Assembly: GCA_951406725.2 (NCBI GenBank)
Contig: OX597832.1
Location: forward strand, 33,852,001-33,916,000
DNA: 64,000 nucleotides
From: Octopus vulgaris
Lineage: Eukaryota
Direction: 5' to 3'
This document shows, piece after piece, positions 14,240 through 27,984 of the stretch (positions within the stretch are counted from its first letter, which is position 1; each line of letters starts with the position of its first letter). The notes under the pieces are model-generated. The model was not told the DNA's origin. It saw only the letters and a program-made list of their open reading frames with translations, and did not search any database. The translations under genes and the position numbers were made by a program.

Positions 14240-15152
14240 TGTGTTCTTTTTCTGTAGTTTCAGGCTCATAGCTGCGGCCATCCTGATGCACCACCGTTTT
14301 GCTTCACTGTTATTACTGAGAGCCTCCTCCAATATATGGCACTTGGTGAATAATGGAGTTTGATGTTGCTACCCTCATTTGCACCTCTTGCCGTGAGGAA
14401 GTTTCATCTGGGGCTCTCGACAGAAAAAGGTCCAGTTTTCATTTAAAACACCTGCATTTACTTTGTGCAGGTTTCTCAGGCTGTTCGGGAGAATATTAAA
14501 AAGCTGTGGGCCCCTGAAACCCAGGCTGTTGCAGAAGCTGGTCCTGAAGCGTGATGGCATTGCTGGGATTTTTTGCATTATGCAGTGTCGTCTCGTTTTG
14601 GCATTGGTGTAGCTTTCAATGCCAAAATTTGGCACAATTCCTTTCAAGATCTTCCAGATATATATTACTGCATACCTTTCCTGTCTTCTCTCCAAGGAGT
14701 AGAGACTTAACAGTTTCAACCTTTCTTAGTAGCTGAGCTGTTGCAAAAAGATGATCTTCTTTGTGAATCATCTCTGGATTGCTTCAAGGTCCGCTGTTAA
14801 TTTTACACTGGTGGGTGACCATAGCTGCGAGAAGTAATCCAGGCGGCTGAGGACGAATATCCGCCAGAGGACCATCATGGTTTCCTCATCTCTGCTTCTG
14901 AATGTTCTCAGGATCCATTCTTTCAGTCGTCTGCACTTTGTCTGCACTTTGTCCCTCACTGACTTAGGCTCTGAAATTGAAATTCCCTGTGAATCAGTGT
15001 ACTCTGTTTCATATTCAGTTTTAGACGCTGGTAGCGCAGGGCCTGGAATTTTTCAGAATTAAACTGCATATTATTATCCTCAGCCCATCTGTAAATTGAT
15101 TCCAACTCCTGCAGCAGGTGTGCAACATCGCTGGGTTTCTGTATCTCTTGCT
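14240..15152 (-). mobile_element. 5'-truncated, frameshifted CR1-like LINE (RT C-terminal half and 3' tail); same family as 51410-52765
   Basis: ORF pieces IYRWAEDNNMQFNSEKFQ, WILRTFRSRDEETMMVLW, LDYFSQLWSP, LYSLERRQERY, GPQLFNILP; tail GGTGGTGCATCAGGATGGCCGCAGCTATGAGCCTGAAACTA. Confidence 0.9.
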
Positions 15153-15274
15153 GAACAAGAGAGACAGAGAAAGGTAGAAACAAGGAAAATTCCACTTATA
15201 TATGAACACTATACAAATATTCTTTTAAAAAAACTTTTCTTTTAATTTTTCTAAATTTAATTATTTAATTGTTA

Positions 15275-15311
15275 CAGTTGAAAAGGTCTCAAATGACCGA
15301 AACCGGTACTG
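15275..15311 (+). ncRNA. Minimal type-I hammerhead motif, U3-A8 variant, within a short element about 15155-15363
   Basis: CAG-TTGAAAA-GGTC tcaaat GACC-GAAA-CCGG-TA-CTG; palindromic ACCGGT stem III, GUA cleavage triplet. Confidence 0.65.
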
Positions 15312-15359
15312 AAATGTTCTTTATAAAATTATTTTAGCATTTTCTATCTTGACTTGTTT

Positions 15360-15424
<65 letters not shown>

Positions 15425-15853
15425 TGTGTGTTTGAGTGTGCGTGAGTGCGTGCATGTGTATGTGAGAGAGAGAGAAAAGGCTAGCGAATGCCGACATAGA
15501 AAACTATGAATTTCAATACATCGGATTGGAAAATGCAATTTCACCTTATTTTAACTCGGAAGTTCTACCAATGCCGCAACGCACTGAACGAACCTCACGA
15601 CTTTTCTAAGAAGCAAATACAACCGTAACACAAACACCTTAGGAGAGACATGAGATTAGAAATATGTGTTTCATCAGAGGGCTTATACTCTGTATCTATG
15701 TACCTATACAAACATAAGTATATATAAATATATATATATATGGTATATAATAGTAACTGCTTCCTGTTAATATCACGTAAATTAACGTCATCCTAAGGGA
15801 CGTGATAAGAAGGGGAAGCTTAATGTTGAGAGGCGCAGATACCTATCATTGAC

Positions 15854-15895
<42 letters not shown>

Positions 15896-16141
15896 AACAC
15901 ACATACATATACAAACACACATACATATAAAAACACACACACACACACACTATACGTATATCCTTATTTTTTCAGTATTTCTATGTCTAACAATGTATAT
16001 ATCACTGTGATTATGTATACATACATATATGTTCATACACACACTCGAATAAATACATATATGCATAGTGAAATACACACGCAGAAATATGGTGACAACC
16101 ACATATACATATTAATATATTTGCATTACATCATACATATG

Positions 16142-16219
<78 letters not shown>

Positions 16220-16888
16220 TGTATGTATATGTAATCATGAATGTATACATACATGTGTTCATGTATGTATGTATGCAGGTATGCATGTATACATATATTT
16301 ATAGATTTCTTGTATTTAATCACTGGATGTATGCTTGCGTATTTCTTCAACTCAACACTTCATTGTATATTCTTCACATCGATCGGAATAACAAGAAGAT
16401 TTCTCCAAATTTCTAAGACCGGATTAACGAAGTTAATTTTAAGAAGATCATTTGAATTTTAGAAATTATAGATTCCATTGAAAGTTGAAGAATTAATTCT
16501 TCAGACAGAAAGAATAAAATAACAAAATAAAACTGTTTGAAAGACATCTTTTAGTATATTCTATTTTCAAATCTGTTTGTTGTTGTCGATGTTGTTTTGT
16601 AAGACTGTTGTTGCTATTGTTGTTGTTGTTGTTCTTGTTGTTGCTGTTGAGATTGTTGTTTCCTATAAGAAACCATTAATATAATTAAATTTTTTTTTCA
16701 CTAAAATAAAGCTACAATAGCCATTTAGGTGTCCGGGTATGTTAATTTATTCATGCCTGTATGTATATGTATTTTGGCGTGCGTGACAGTGTGTATATGT
16801 ACGTATGTAAATGTGTATGTACATATGTGTGAATATATGTAATGTGTACGTATCTAACATGTACATATGTATATGTATACATGTACAC

Positions 16889-16982
<94 letters not shown>

Positions 16983-17023
16983 ATATATGTACATATGTGC
17001 TGATATATACATATATACATATG

Positions 17024-17054
<31 letters not shown>

Positions 17055-17325
17055 GTATATATATACACGTATATGTATATATATATAATGTGTGTAGGTG
17101 TGTATCTGTGTATGTATAACACATACACACATACATATATGCATATTTATATACGCTTGTGGTGCTTGATTGTAGGTGTGTGCATAACCATGTACAAGTG
17201 TTCTGTTATTCAGGGAATATTTCAAGATATAAAAAAATGAATAAACAATATTATGAGTGTAAAATGTAATAACGTTAACTGATAAGTTATAATTTAGAGG
17301 CCAAAATTGCGAACAGGAATATGTA

Positions 17326-17500
17326 GAAGAAGAAGGAGGAGGAGGAGGGGGAGGAGGAGGATGGGGAGGAGGAGAAGAAGAAAAAGAAGAAGAAGAAGAA
17401 GGAGGAGGAGGAGGAGAAGAAGAAGAAGAAGAAGAAGAAGAAGGAGAAGAAGATGGTGATAATGATGATGATGATGATGATCAAGAAGAAGAAGAAAGAG
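17326..17500. repeat. Compound (GAA)n/(GGA)n/(GAT)n purine-rich repeat
   Basis: Directly visible. Confidence 0.9.
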
Positions 17501-17978
17501 GAGGAAACAGCAAGGCAGAGAGAAAGAGAGAAAGAAAACGAAATACATAAAGAATGAATGGATATAAAAGAGAAGAATTAACAGACGGCGATGGCGGCAG
17601 AGAAGAACGAAAAGGTGAGAGAAAAAGAACGAAACGAAAATGAATAAGCACAAATGATGAAGAAGTTGAAAAAGTGGAAAGAAAAAATGAGAAATAGAAG
17701 AAGAAAAAGAAGAAGAAAAAGGTGAAGAAGAAGGAGAAGAAGCAGAGTATCGACAACAGAGACAGTTTGTTAGCGCATTTAAAATCGATGAAAAAGAATA
17801 TTAGGTGAGAGAGGAATATTATGGTGTATCATGGATAAATTTAATATTAATACTTTTTTATATATATGAATAAAAATAGAAATAATTAGAAATTTAAATT
17901 GTGACGCATAAAATTTAAAATGCCCCAAACTTCTAAAACGATTGTCATGAAAAGAAAAGTGCATACTTACATGCATAC

Positions 17979-18016
<38 letters not shown>

Positions 18017-18391
18017 TTTCGTATGAGTGTGGGTGTGTGAGTAGATGTTAGTGTTTGTTGTTGCGTGTGTGCCAATGTGTGTGTGTTTGTGTTTGTGCGC
18101 GCGCGCTCTCGAAAATGGTTCATTTACGTAAAAATATAGAATTTTGGATGTTCGCATATTCATTATATAGCGGATATTTATATACATATATATATGAATG
18201 GTCACTTATTTAGATAGGCAGAGTGAGAAGTGGCGAGAGAGAGAGAGAGAGAGAGAGAGAGCTAGATAGAATGAGAGTGAAACAATATTCCATTCAAACA
18301 TCTGTGTGTGTGTGTGTATGTGCGCTTTAGTGTTTGTGTGTGTTTATATGTATTTTATATACATTATACCTATGCTTATATACAAGTATAT

Positions 18392-18439
<48 letters not shown>

Positions 18440-19798
18440 CATATATATATATATATAATGTATGTATGTATGTATATATGTATGTATGTATGTATGTATA
18501 TATATGTATGTATGTATGTACATATATATATATGTATGTATATATATATGTATGTATGTATGTATATATGTGGTCCTGTGTAAGTGCATGTGCGTACATT
18601 TGTATGTGAGTACAAATAAGCTAGTGTATGGAAATGAATAACCTATTAATGAAAGTATTTTTACTTTTCAATTCGTTTTATTTTTCTTCAAAAATATATT
18701 TTTTCTTGAAAACTTAAACACAGAACTCCAAGCTAATGAATTAAAAAAAAAATGGTTGCTACCTTTATAGAAAGCTAGAAAATTATTGAGAAGCTTATTT
18801 CTCTTTATTTCAAGAACATTGGAAATGGTAATGGTAACAGAGTATTTGAAAACATAATGACAGCGAAAAATGTGAAAAAAAATATTAAAAATTAGGACGA
18901 AGTCATAACTTAATAGTGACAACACTTTGCATTTTTTTTTTCATTTGCTTTAAATATGGAGCCCAACACCTCGCTTTTGTCTCTTTATATGAATATGTCT
19001 ACCCGTGTAAATATCTACATCTGTGTATGTATGAATATATTTGTATATATAGAAATATACATATATGTATATAATTATCATTCTTAAACAAGAATGTCAT
19101 TGTTAGTGACTTCGAATTTTCGGCCAGTTAAGTTATCGCCGAACTGCAAAGCAATGAAGTTTACTTTGGCTTTATGTAGTCGTTATTGAGTTAAAATCTT
19201 CCTTGGTTATGTGGGTTTAATGGAGAGGTAATTAGTTGTAGGCATCGGGTGTGGTAGAGAGGTTGTTCGGAGAAGCTTTAATTGATCTAATTTGCAGGTA
19301 CATTATGATTAAGAATTTATTCTTGTATTTCGAAACTCGTATGATGGTGTGTATGTTTGAGGGTCTCCTTCAGGTCATAGGGTTTGTGTTTCAGTGGGGA
19401 ATACAAATAGAATATTCACTTTTTTAATCATTCTGCAATCATATGAGTTCTGTTTTGGTTTCGTGACGTTTCAGCGAGATGCTTCTCAAGGATCTGTTTA
19501 AGAATGGTATTTCCTTGAAGAAACAGTAAATCGGAGGGAATTTTGTGCACTCCCATCATACACGTGAATCTGCGTTTTGCATTTTTCCAGTAACAATCAA
19601 CTGAGTTTCTTTTTTTTGGAGGGGAAAATATGAGAAAATTGGGGATGAATGTTTTCAGAACATTCTAAAACATCTTTCAGAATGTCTCACTTTTGAAGAC
19701 CATTTTATTTCATTATTTTCAGTTTACTTTATGACAACTTTTGAGTAAGATTAAAAAAAAATTTTTTTTTTCACTCATTCAGTTGGTTGTTTGTTTTA

Positions 19799-19799
<1 letters not shown>

Positions 19800-19888
<89 letters not shown>
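19800..19888. repeat. (GATA)n microsatellite
   Basis: Directly visible. Confidence 0.95.
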
Positions 19889-21305
19889 GAAAATTCTGCC
19901 CCTCCTCCCGATTTACAGTTTACACATCTTTATACATGTGGAGAGTTTTTTATCGCGGGTGCCACTGACTTGCACCTGTGCGTGCGTCCGTCTACTGACT
20001 GACACGGGTGCGCGCTTCAGCTGACTAGCGTTTTGAGTCCACTCTTAAGTATACCCATATTTAGATAATTAATTTTTTTTAAAGTATTAATTAATTTTAA
20101 TATCAATAACACTAATACGAGCAAAACATATAAAGGCAGGCGTGGTGGGATAGTACAAATAATAGTAACAGAATATACTATGTGGCTGCACAGTGTACGA
20201 CACTAAAAGAAAATATACCAGACTCTCACATCAAAACATAAATTAGCAATAGACAAGAAGGGGTTATGAATCCTGTCCATCAAAATAAACATATGCATGA
20301 TAGATACACAAAAGCTGAAGAATAACAAGATGTGTTGGAGGTATATTAGAAATGAAAACTTAAGGTCAATGTACTAAAATGATAAAAAAATATTACGGGA
20401 ATAACAGATATGATGCCACTAAACTGAATATCGATACTATGAATTAAATATACGATGAAATATAACAAACCCACCTATCCATATTAACATATTAATAATT
20501 ACAAAAAAATATCTATTAATACTAGCAACACGAGTATAAATCATAATGGTTGAAGTAAATAACGATAGTATGAAAATAAATACAATCAAGTGCCTACCAA
20601 TATTAATATACTAAATTAAGAATAATAACAATACAGAAAAACACACGAAGGACCTAATCCACGAACAGTATAAAGAAAAAAACAACGATTAATGTGTGCA
20701 TAAAAAACCCCAAAAAGTGCGAAGAATAGTAACATGACCTATATTTTGGCAACAAATTCCTCTCTTGGTCAGTAAGGTCAAAAAGTCAGTTTTGAGCTAA
20801 TTTTAGAATAGTATCCACCATGCACTTGAATACAGGAACAAACTTTTCTTATTCAGTTGGAACAATCTTCCATTCGAGAAAAATGGAAAAATAAAAAGCA
20901 GTTAAAATGCCCAGAAGAAGCCACTGTTTATTTAATACATTATAGCGCAGCCTAAATTGTAAATATGGACACGAAGAAACGGCTGAAACGTCAAAAAAAA
21001 AAAAAAAGGGAGAATTAGTGTGACTGCACACCGATTAAAAAGGTTAATATTTTATGCGTAGTCTCTGTTTTCCTTGAACTCCTATATTAAAGAGAATGAA
21101 GTCTCTATAGCGATATGTGGGTTTTCAGAAGTAGAAAGTACTAAAAACGGTTAAACGAACCAGCCACAAACATTAGTATATAAGGACATGAACGATAGAC
21201 AGAATTATCAATCGAGAGTTACGCAAAATTCGTGCCCGTTCTGATAACTAATCTCCATAAACAAAATATGTTTTCAAAGAAATTTTTTGCCAACAGGCTT
21301 AAATA

Positions 21306-21358
<53 letters not shown>

Positions 21359-21534
21359 ACAGACATATATGTGTGAGATTGTGAAACTGAATATAAGTGA
21401 ATGGGATCTAGGGATTTTCTCTTTATAATCACTGTATCATTGGCGAATGTAGGATTATGCTCCCTCATCTTAGCGTAAAGTTAATATTCAAAACCTGAAA
21501 ATATCCTACCTTAAAATATCCTACCTGAATAACA

Positions 21535-21579
<45 letters not shown>

Positions 21580-22031
21580 TGTGTGTGTGTATGTTTATGC
21601 TTCTTTGTCTGCCTGGGTGGCCATGTAAATTTTCTATGCATATATTTGTCCACACACGTTCAGTTTTCTGTATTCCTGTGGCAACATTGAAAGAATAAAT
21701 TTAATACATTTCCAAAGTAAGCGAAAATCTGTTCGAATTCGCAAATTTAGCTTCGCTAAGTATATTAGAAATCGATAGAGAAATTCTCAGAAAGCAGATC
21801 ACTTTATCTAAGCACAAATTGATACATATCTTTGATCATTCGACCTGAAACCATTGACACTGTTTAATACAGCGATGCACACTCAAGTAGATTTATCTTT
21901 CACGCAAAACTACGCCCAAACTGCCACGAATCAGCATGCCCGTGGCTGATCATCTATGAAACATATTCATCTATGCATGCATATCAGTGTGTGTGTATCT
22001 ATGTGTGCGTGCGAATCGCACATATGTATGC

Positions 22032-22074
<43 letters not shown>

Positions 22075-22166
22075 TATATATATATATAGATATATATACA
22101 GACACACAAATAATACATGTATATATATATATTCATATATATATATATAATGTATGCATATATATA

Positions 22167-22224
<58 letters not shown>

Positions 22225-22730
22225 TATATATATATATACATTATATATATATACATACATTATATAGATACATACATATATATGCATATGTAGTTATAGG
22301 TAATAGGTATATACATATATATCAGTGTGTGTGTCTATGTGCATGTATACCAGTCGTAACATATTTCTGACTTAATTGCCTCATCATAAGCAAAATTTAA
22401 ACGAGATAAAATATATTAAAAAAAAATATTCTTCAAAAACTAAATTAATGCAGATCTGATCATTCAGGTGTGACACAATAATAAAATAAAGAAAAACGAA
22501 ATTTTGAAATATTTCTACGCAAGGAATTATTTTTCTTTATAATTTATTTTTTCTCTGTTGCTCTTAAAAAAGATAATGTTAACTAAGACGGTAACAAGTT
22601 ATTTCAAACGTGAAATTTACAGTTTTTGAAAAACACACAAATACATGTGTGTATACGTAATTAGGCTGGAATTCCTTCATACATGCATGCGTGTATATCT
22701 ATATAAAGGTATGTAGGAATACATGTATAT

Positions 22731-22809
<79 letters not shown>

Positions 22810-22905
22810 CTTTCATATATATATATAGATGAATGTGCATTTATGTATACACACACACATATGTATATGTATGTATATATATATGTATATATATATATGT
22901 ATGTG

Positions 22906-22948
<43 letters not shown>

Positions 22949-23053
22949 ACCTACATACCATTATATAAATATACATGCATGCATGTATGTATATATATAT
23001 ATATATATACAAGCATGCATACCTTCATATATATGTGTTTGTCTATGTGTGTA

Positions 23054-23268
23054 CGAGGAGGTGCTGAAAAGTTTCTAGCTTTAAGGGTATCGCAAAAGTC
23101 CTGGTCGCATGTCCAAATTTCCGAGGTCTTTTAGAGGACTTCGAAGTGGAAGACCACAACAATTCGTGTGTGAATGGAAGAGGCCAATATTTTGTATAAA
23201 ATCATAATTAACTGATCCTCCTGCATTTTCTTTTACCCAAAGGCACGAACATTTCAGTCCCTTACTCT
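23054..23268. mobile_element. Non-autonomous mariner-like MITE
   Basis: TA|CGAGGAGGTGCTGAAAAGTTTCTAGCTTT at left; degenerate inverted copy AAAGGCACGAACATTTCAGTCCCTTACTCT|TA at right. Confidence 0.55.
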
Positions 23269-23690
23269 TATATATGTATATACGTATGTATGTATGTATG
23301 TATGTATGTATGTATGTATGTATGTATGTATGTATGTATGTATGTATGTATGTATGTATTTGCGCATATTGATATATATGTGTGTACATACACACACACA
23401 CTCATACTCACACACACATATATATATATAGCTATCCTTTGAAAATTAAGGAATTTGGTAATTTAATTAATTTTTTCCTAGATTAGCAGATAATCATAGT
23501 ATTCTTTTTTCCATATTCATACAATTTTTTGAAGTATAAAAATATTCAAAATTAAATGCAGAAGTAAACATACACATCGACATACTTATTCATACGTACA
23601 TATACATATTCATATATATATATATATATATATACACGCACTTATATATGCATACCTACATATATGCATATGTGTATATACACATGGATG

Positions 23691-23728
<38 letters not shown>

Positions 23729-24595
23729 AACAGACATGCTTGTACATAATTATAACAAAGAAAAATGAACGAAAAATAAAATAATGAAGAACAGAATTAA
23801 GCAACAACACCAAAATTAAAATATTAAAAAAAAAACACATCCAAAATGGCAGTAAGAGGCAGAAGGTTAGTTCCGTAACAATTGTTTCTAATGGTGTGTA
23901 ACTAACCCAAGAGACAAAAGCCGTTCACTTTCCTCTGTAGACATTAACTTGAGCAAGATATTGACTTCAGGTTCTGTACTAGGTTGCTTGCTTGATTGGG
24001 TGTTTTTTTGGCGTTCTTTTACCGTGCGTTGTAATTAGACCATTAAGGAATTTCAGAGTGAAGAGCAATTGATAACCACCATTTCTCTTTAGATGTTTTA
24101 ATGTCAAACCAACAGACCGTGTTCGGGAAATCAATTATTATTGTTTCACTGCTAGGTTTCTTTTTCTTTGTTTTTTTTTGTTATAATGTATATTTTTGTC
24201 TTTCCTTTCTCGTTTTTTTTAATTGTTTTGTGGCTATTTTTTGCTGTTATTTAATGGCCTTAAATAATGATTTATGAGGACAGATTGCTCGTTTAGATTA
24301 TGTTTGTTCGGTGTATGAAGACACGCACACTTACAACGACACACCGACAAAGAAACATACACTTATATGTATAATATATATAAATAGATATAAAGATAGA
24401 TACATAGATGGATAGACAGATACAGGTAGATGGAGTGATACAGAGAGAGAAAGGGGAGATAGACAAATAAAGAGAAAGTGAGGGAGAGAGATATTCCACC
24501 ATATATATATATATATGTATGTATTATATGTATGTATATATATATGTATATAATAATATATAAATAAATACGCATAAATACACACACACACACAC

Positions 24596-24631
<36 letters not shown>

Positions 24632-24953
24632 GTACTATATATGCTCGTATATATTTGTGATAGTGCGTGTTTGTGTCCATGTGTGTATGTATTCAGAACT
24701 GCATACATACAAATACCTATATAAACATATATAGTTTCTAATTATTGTATGTTCCCACTAATAATCTAGGAGACAAATTCCTTTCTCAATGTTTTAAACG
24801 TAATATTGAGGCAACGGTAGAATACTGCCTCCCAACAATAAAAGGAATGCTTTTACATTTCTCTATGATTTGAATTTACTTTGTTTATATATATATATAA
24901 GTGTATGTGTGCATGTGTATGTGTGCGCGCGTGCGTGTGTAGAAAGAAAGAAA

Positions 24954-24962
24954 GATAGATAC

Positions 24963-25020
<58 letters not shown>
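24954..25020. repeat. (GATA)n microsatellite
   Basis: Directly visible. Confidence 0.95.
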
Positions 25021-25022
<2 letters not shown>

Positions 25023-25491
25023 CTACATTAAGGGATGTTACCGAAATGTATTCAGTGCTGAATTGTTTTGGTTATACACACGTGGCTGAAATGAACAAGA
25101 TATACATTTTTTTCATGCCTATATGCTCTGTGGATACGTTGTACTCGTATGGTATGTATAAGTGTTTATATTTATATATATTTCTGGTTATGTTTGCACT
25201 GACCTATGGAGTGCGTCTTACAGCGCTGCCATGGAATCCTTTCGATATGCAAGTGAACCTTTTCAAAATAATGTTTTTCTTTGTTCATTACCCCGAATTC
25301 AGCGCCCCTGTATATTTTGATGAAGTAGTTTGGCCTTAGTGTCCCTTTCCAGGGACTTTACTTATAGTAGCAGCCTTTAATGTAATAATGTATCTTAAAA
25401 TATTATATACTTCGTATTAATTTTTTACTTAAATTTGTTTTACACACCGGCTACTTGATAAACTCATATAGAATTTATTCTTATATTTAAT

Positions 25492-25533
<42 letters not shown>

Positions 25534-25539
<6 letters not shown>

Positions 25540-26008
25540 ATTCTCTAAATGAGATATAGACAGTGACTGCTCCGTAATATAAGGGATATTAACCAACCGA
25601 ATATGGCTAGGGACAGGGCAGGGTGGTGGGGGTGTCACTGTTGCATTTAGCCCCAGGCGAACATCAACGTCACCAGATAGGCCTGACGCCATCACGGCGC
25701 CCTCTATCTTGCAAAGGGAGATCATTCACCAAGAAGCAGATACCACACACGGACCTAGGTTTCAAGGTGTATTGCCTATTATCAACGTGTGGTAGGCATC
25801 GCTTCTCGATGAACGACCAACTGTTCAAGATATATATAAGGATTTTCAAGTAAATACATTTACTGATTTCGAAAATCTGTTCGACAGCAATAATAATTCT
25901 CTAAATGAGATATAGACAGTGACTGCTCCGTAATATAAGGGATATTAGCCAACCGAATCTGGCTAGGGACAGGGCAGGGTGGTGGGGGTGTCACTGTTGC
26001 ATTTAGCC

Positions 26009-26011
<3 letters not shown>
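25534..26011 (-). mobile_element. Retrozyme / Penelope pLTR-like partial tandem element: 122-bp direct repeats with 356-nt period, inserted in (TA)n
   Basis: 25534-25655 and 25890-26011 are identical except for 2 substitutions; the spacer carries a hammerhead motif; (TA)n on both sides. Confidence 0.75.
25741..25794 (-). ncRNA. Type-I hammerhead motif, U3-A8 variant
   Basis: Minus strand TACCACACG-TTGATAA-T-AGG caataca CCT-T-GAAA-CCTAGG-TC-CGTGTGTGGTA; stem I of 6 bp or more, palindromic ACCTAGGT stem III, GUC site. Confidence 0.75.
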
Positions 26012-26049
<38 letters not shown>

Positions 26050-27984
26050 GTGTGTGTGTGTGTCTTAATTTATGATTTTATCCAATTATTGGCAAATATG
26101 CATCTGAATTTATTGATATCCGTACAGGGACAGTTAAGCATGAAATGTAAAGTCACATGACTTTTTCAGGGACTCAGTGACAAGATTGTTTGATTTTCTG
26201 AAAAGAAGAGCATCCTGCAATTAATACTTGTAACATAGTGACCTGCTCTTAAAATCTCCCAATTTCCATGTGGTGGAGTTTGTGTCTATGGTAGATGCCA
26301 GGCAGTTGGTCGGAAAACGGAATCACGAATATCCCTGGTGGTGCATGTGTGCGTGAATCTGTATGTGTGTACGTATGTATGTGCATATATGCGTGTGAAT
26401 GTACACATACATACGTATACACATATACACGCATTGTCTTCGTCAATGCCTTGATGTGATCGATCACATCATCATCACCATTACCATTGCAGTCTCAACC
26501 ACAACAACTACCAATACCAACATCTCGAACAACAATAATAATACCAGCATGATCATCACCAGCATCACTACTAAAGGTACGATCATAATCAACACCACAA
26601 TCAACATCTTTATTTTTGTCATTTTCATCACCAATATCATCGCCACTCCATCCCTACGTCCCTAGTTCTATATTTCCTGTTGTCATCAAGTCCACTCCTC
26701 TGACCTCCTGTCCACCTTTTCCCACACACACATCAACACCATATCTGCCATTCCACAACCACCATTACTGGTCACCTATCAATCATCGCTCGCCGTTCTA
26801 TCTCTCTTTCCCCCTCTCTCACTCTCTCTTCTTCTTCTTCTTCTTCTTCTTCTTCTTCTTCTTCTTCTTCTTCCCCCTCCACCACCAACCCATTTGTATT
26901 CCACAAATGTTGACTTTCGTTCATTCATTCATTCGTTACTCAATTCGAAAGTCCGCTAAAACATATAATCGATATAATATCTATGTGATCGATATGGGAG
27001 CAGATGTATAAATAATATTTAGTAGAGACAGACATTATCGGGCGAGTGCGGTGAATATCCGATAGGGAATTTGGCCAACTGTCAGAAATAATATATTATA
27101 ATGTGATTATTGCATTGAATAATATCGTTTAGGTAAAGATGGTGGTGCATAGTACTACTGTAGGAGGAGATTTGCAGGGAAACGCAAAGACGGACCCTTT
27201 CAAATCTCGGATAAAATGCATTTCGTTTCAAATAAGTGGCAAACATTCTCATGAATCGCATATATTTCACAACATCTTATTCCCCACCCCCTAAAGCATC
27301 TTTTTCATTTTTTTTTTTGCTGTAATCTCGGGAGGAAACAAATGAAATAAATACATGAATATCGACTCTGTGGTCCAGAAAATCTTCTAATGTGCACTAA
27401 TTTAAACTAATGCACACGTAATCAGTGTTTCATGTAATTGTTTCATTAAAGATGGTAATGGTTATTATATAGAATTTGTTGACAACGGTGACCACCACCC
27501 CCGACTCAGAAAAAACTCTAATCCTAATGGACTCTGGAACGAAAGATTCCGGGAAGTTGATACTGTATCAGTTAATACAGGACGAAAGGGTCAGATACGT
27601 TAAGGATGCGTTTCGGCGTGCAATCATGAAATACCAAACATGACTTATTCTTATAAATGCGCGAGAAAAATAAAGGAATATTCTTCGGAATATCCAATTC
27701 TTCCGTTTTCTCGCGAAAAATGCTAAGGGATTTGTGTCTAGTTAAATGAAATTATGATGCATTAGATAGTATTCATGATTCGTTGATAAGTTCATTAGCT
27801 GTGATGATAAAGAGTCTGGAGTTCCCGGTTTTTGCACATAATCAGTCTAAAGAAAAGTAAAAGTAGTTCTGACCTTTGGTTCAGCTGCGAATAAAAGAGG
27901 AACCCAAATCCTCAGTTGCTACGCTAAAGCGTAATGTTGTCAAGTCACAAAGAATTTTTGTATTTGCTACTTTTAAATTTACCT

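Noticed and set aside
19320-19495. Minus-strand TTGAGAA..GAAACGTC and CTGAAGG..GAAA motifs
   Set aside because: No stem I pairing or cleavage site consistent with a hammerhead
20130-20700. A-rich strand-biased stretch resembling a decayed non-LTR ORF
   Set aside because: Too many stops and no unambiguous motif
25534-26011. Direct repeats as a CRISPR array or an LTR retrotransposon
   Set aside because: Only two 122-bp repeats in eukaryotic context, no cas genes, no TG..CA ends or obvious PBS
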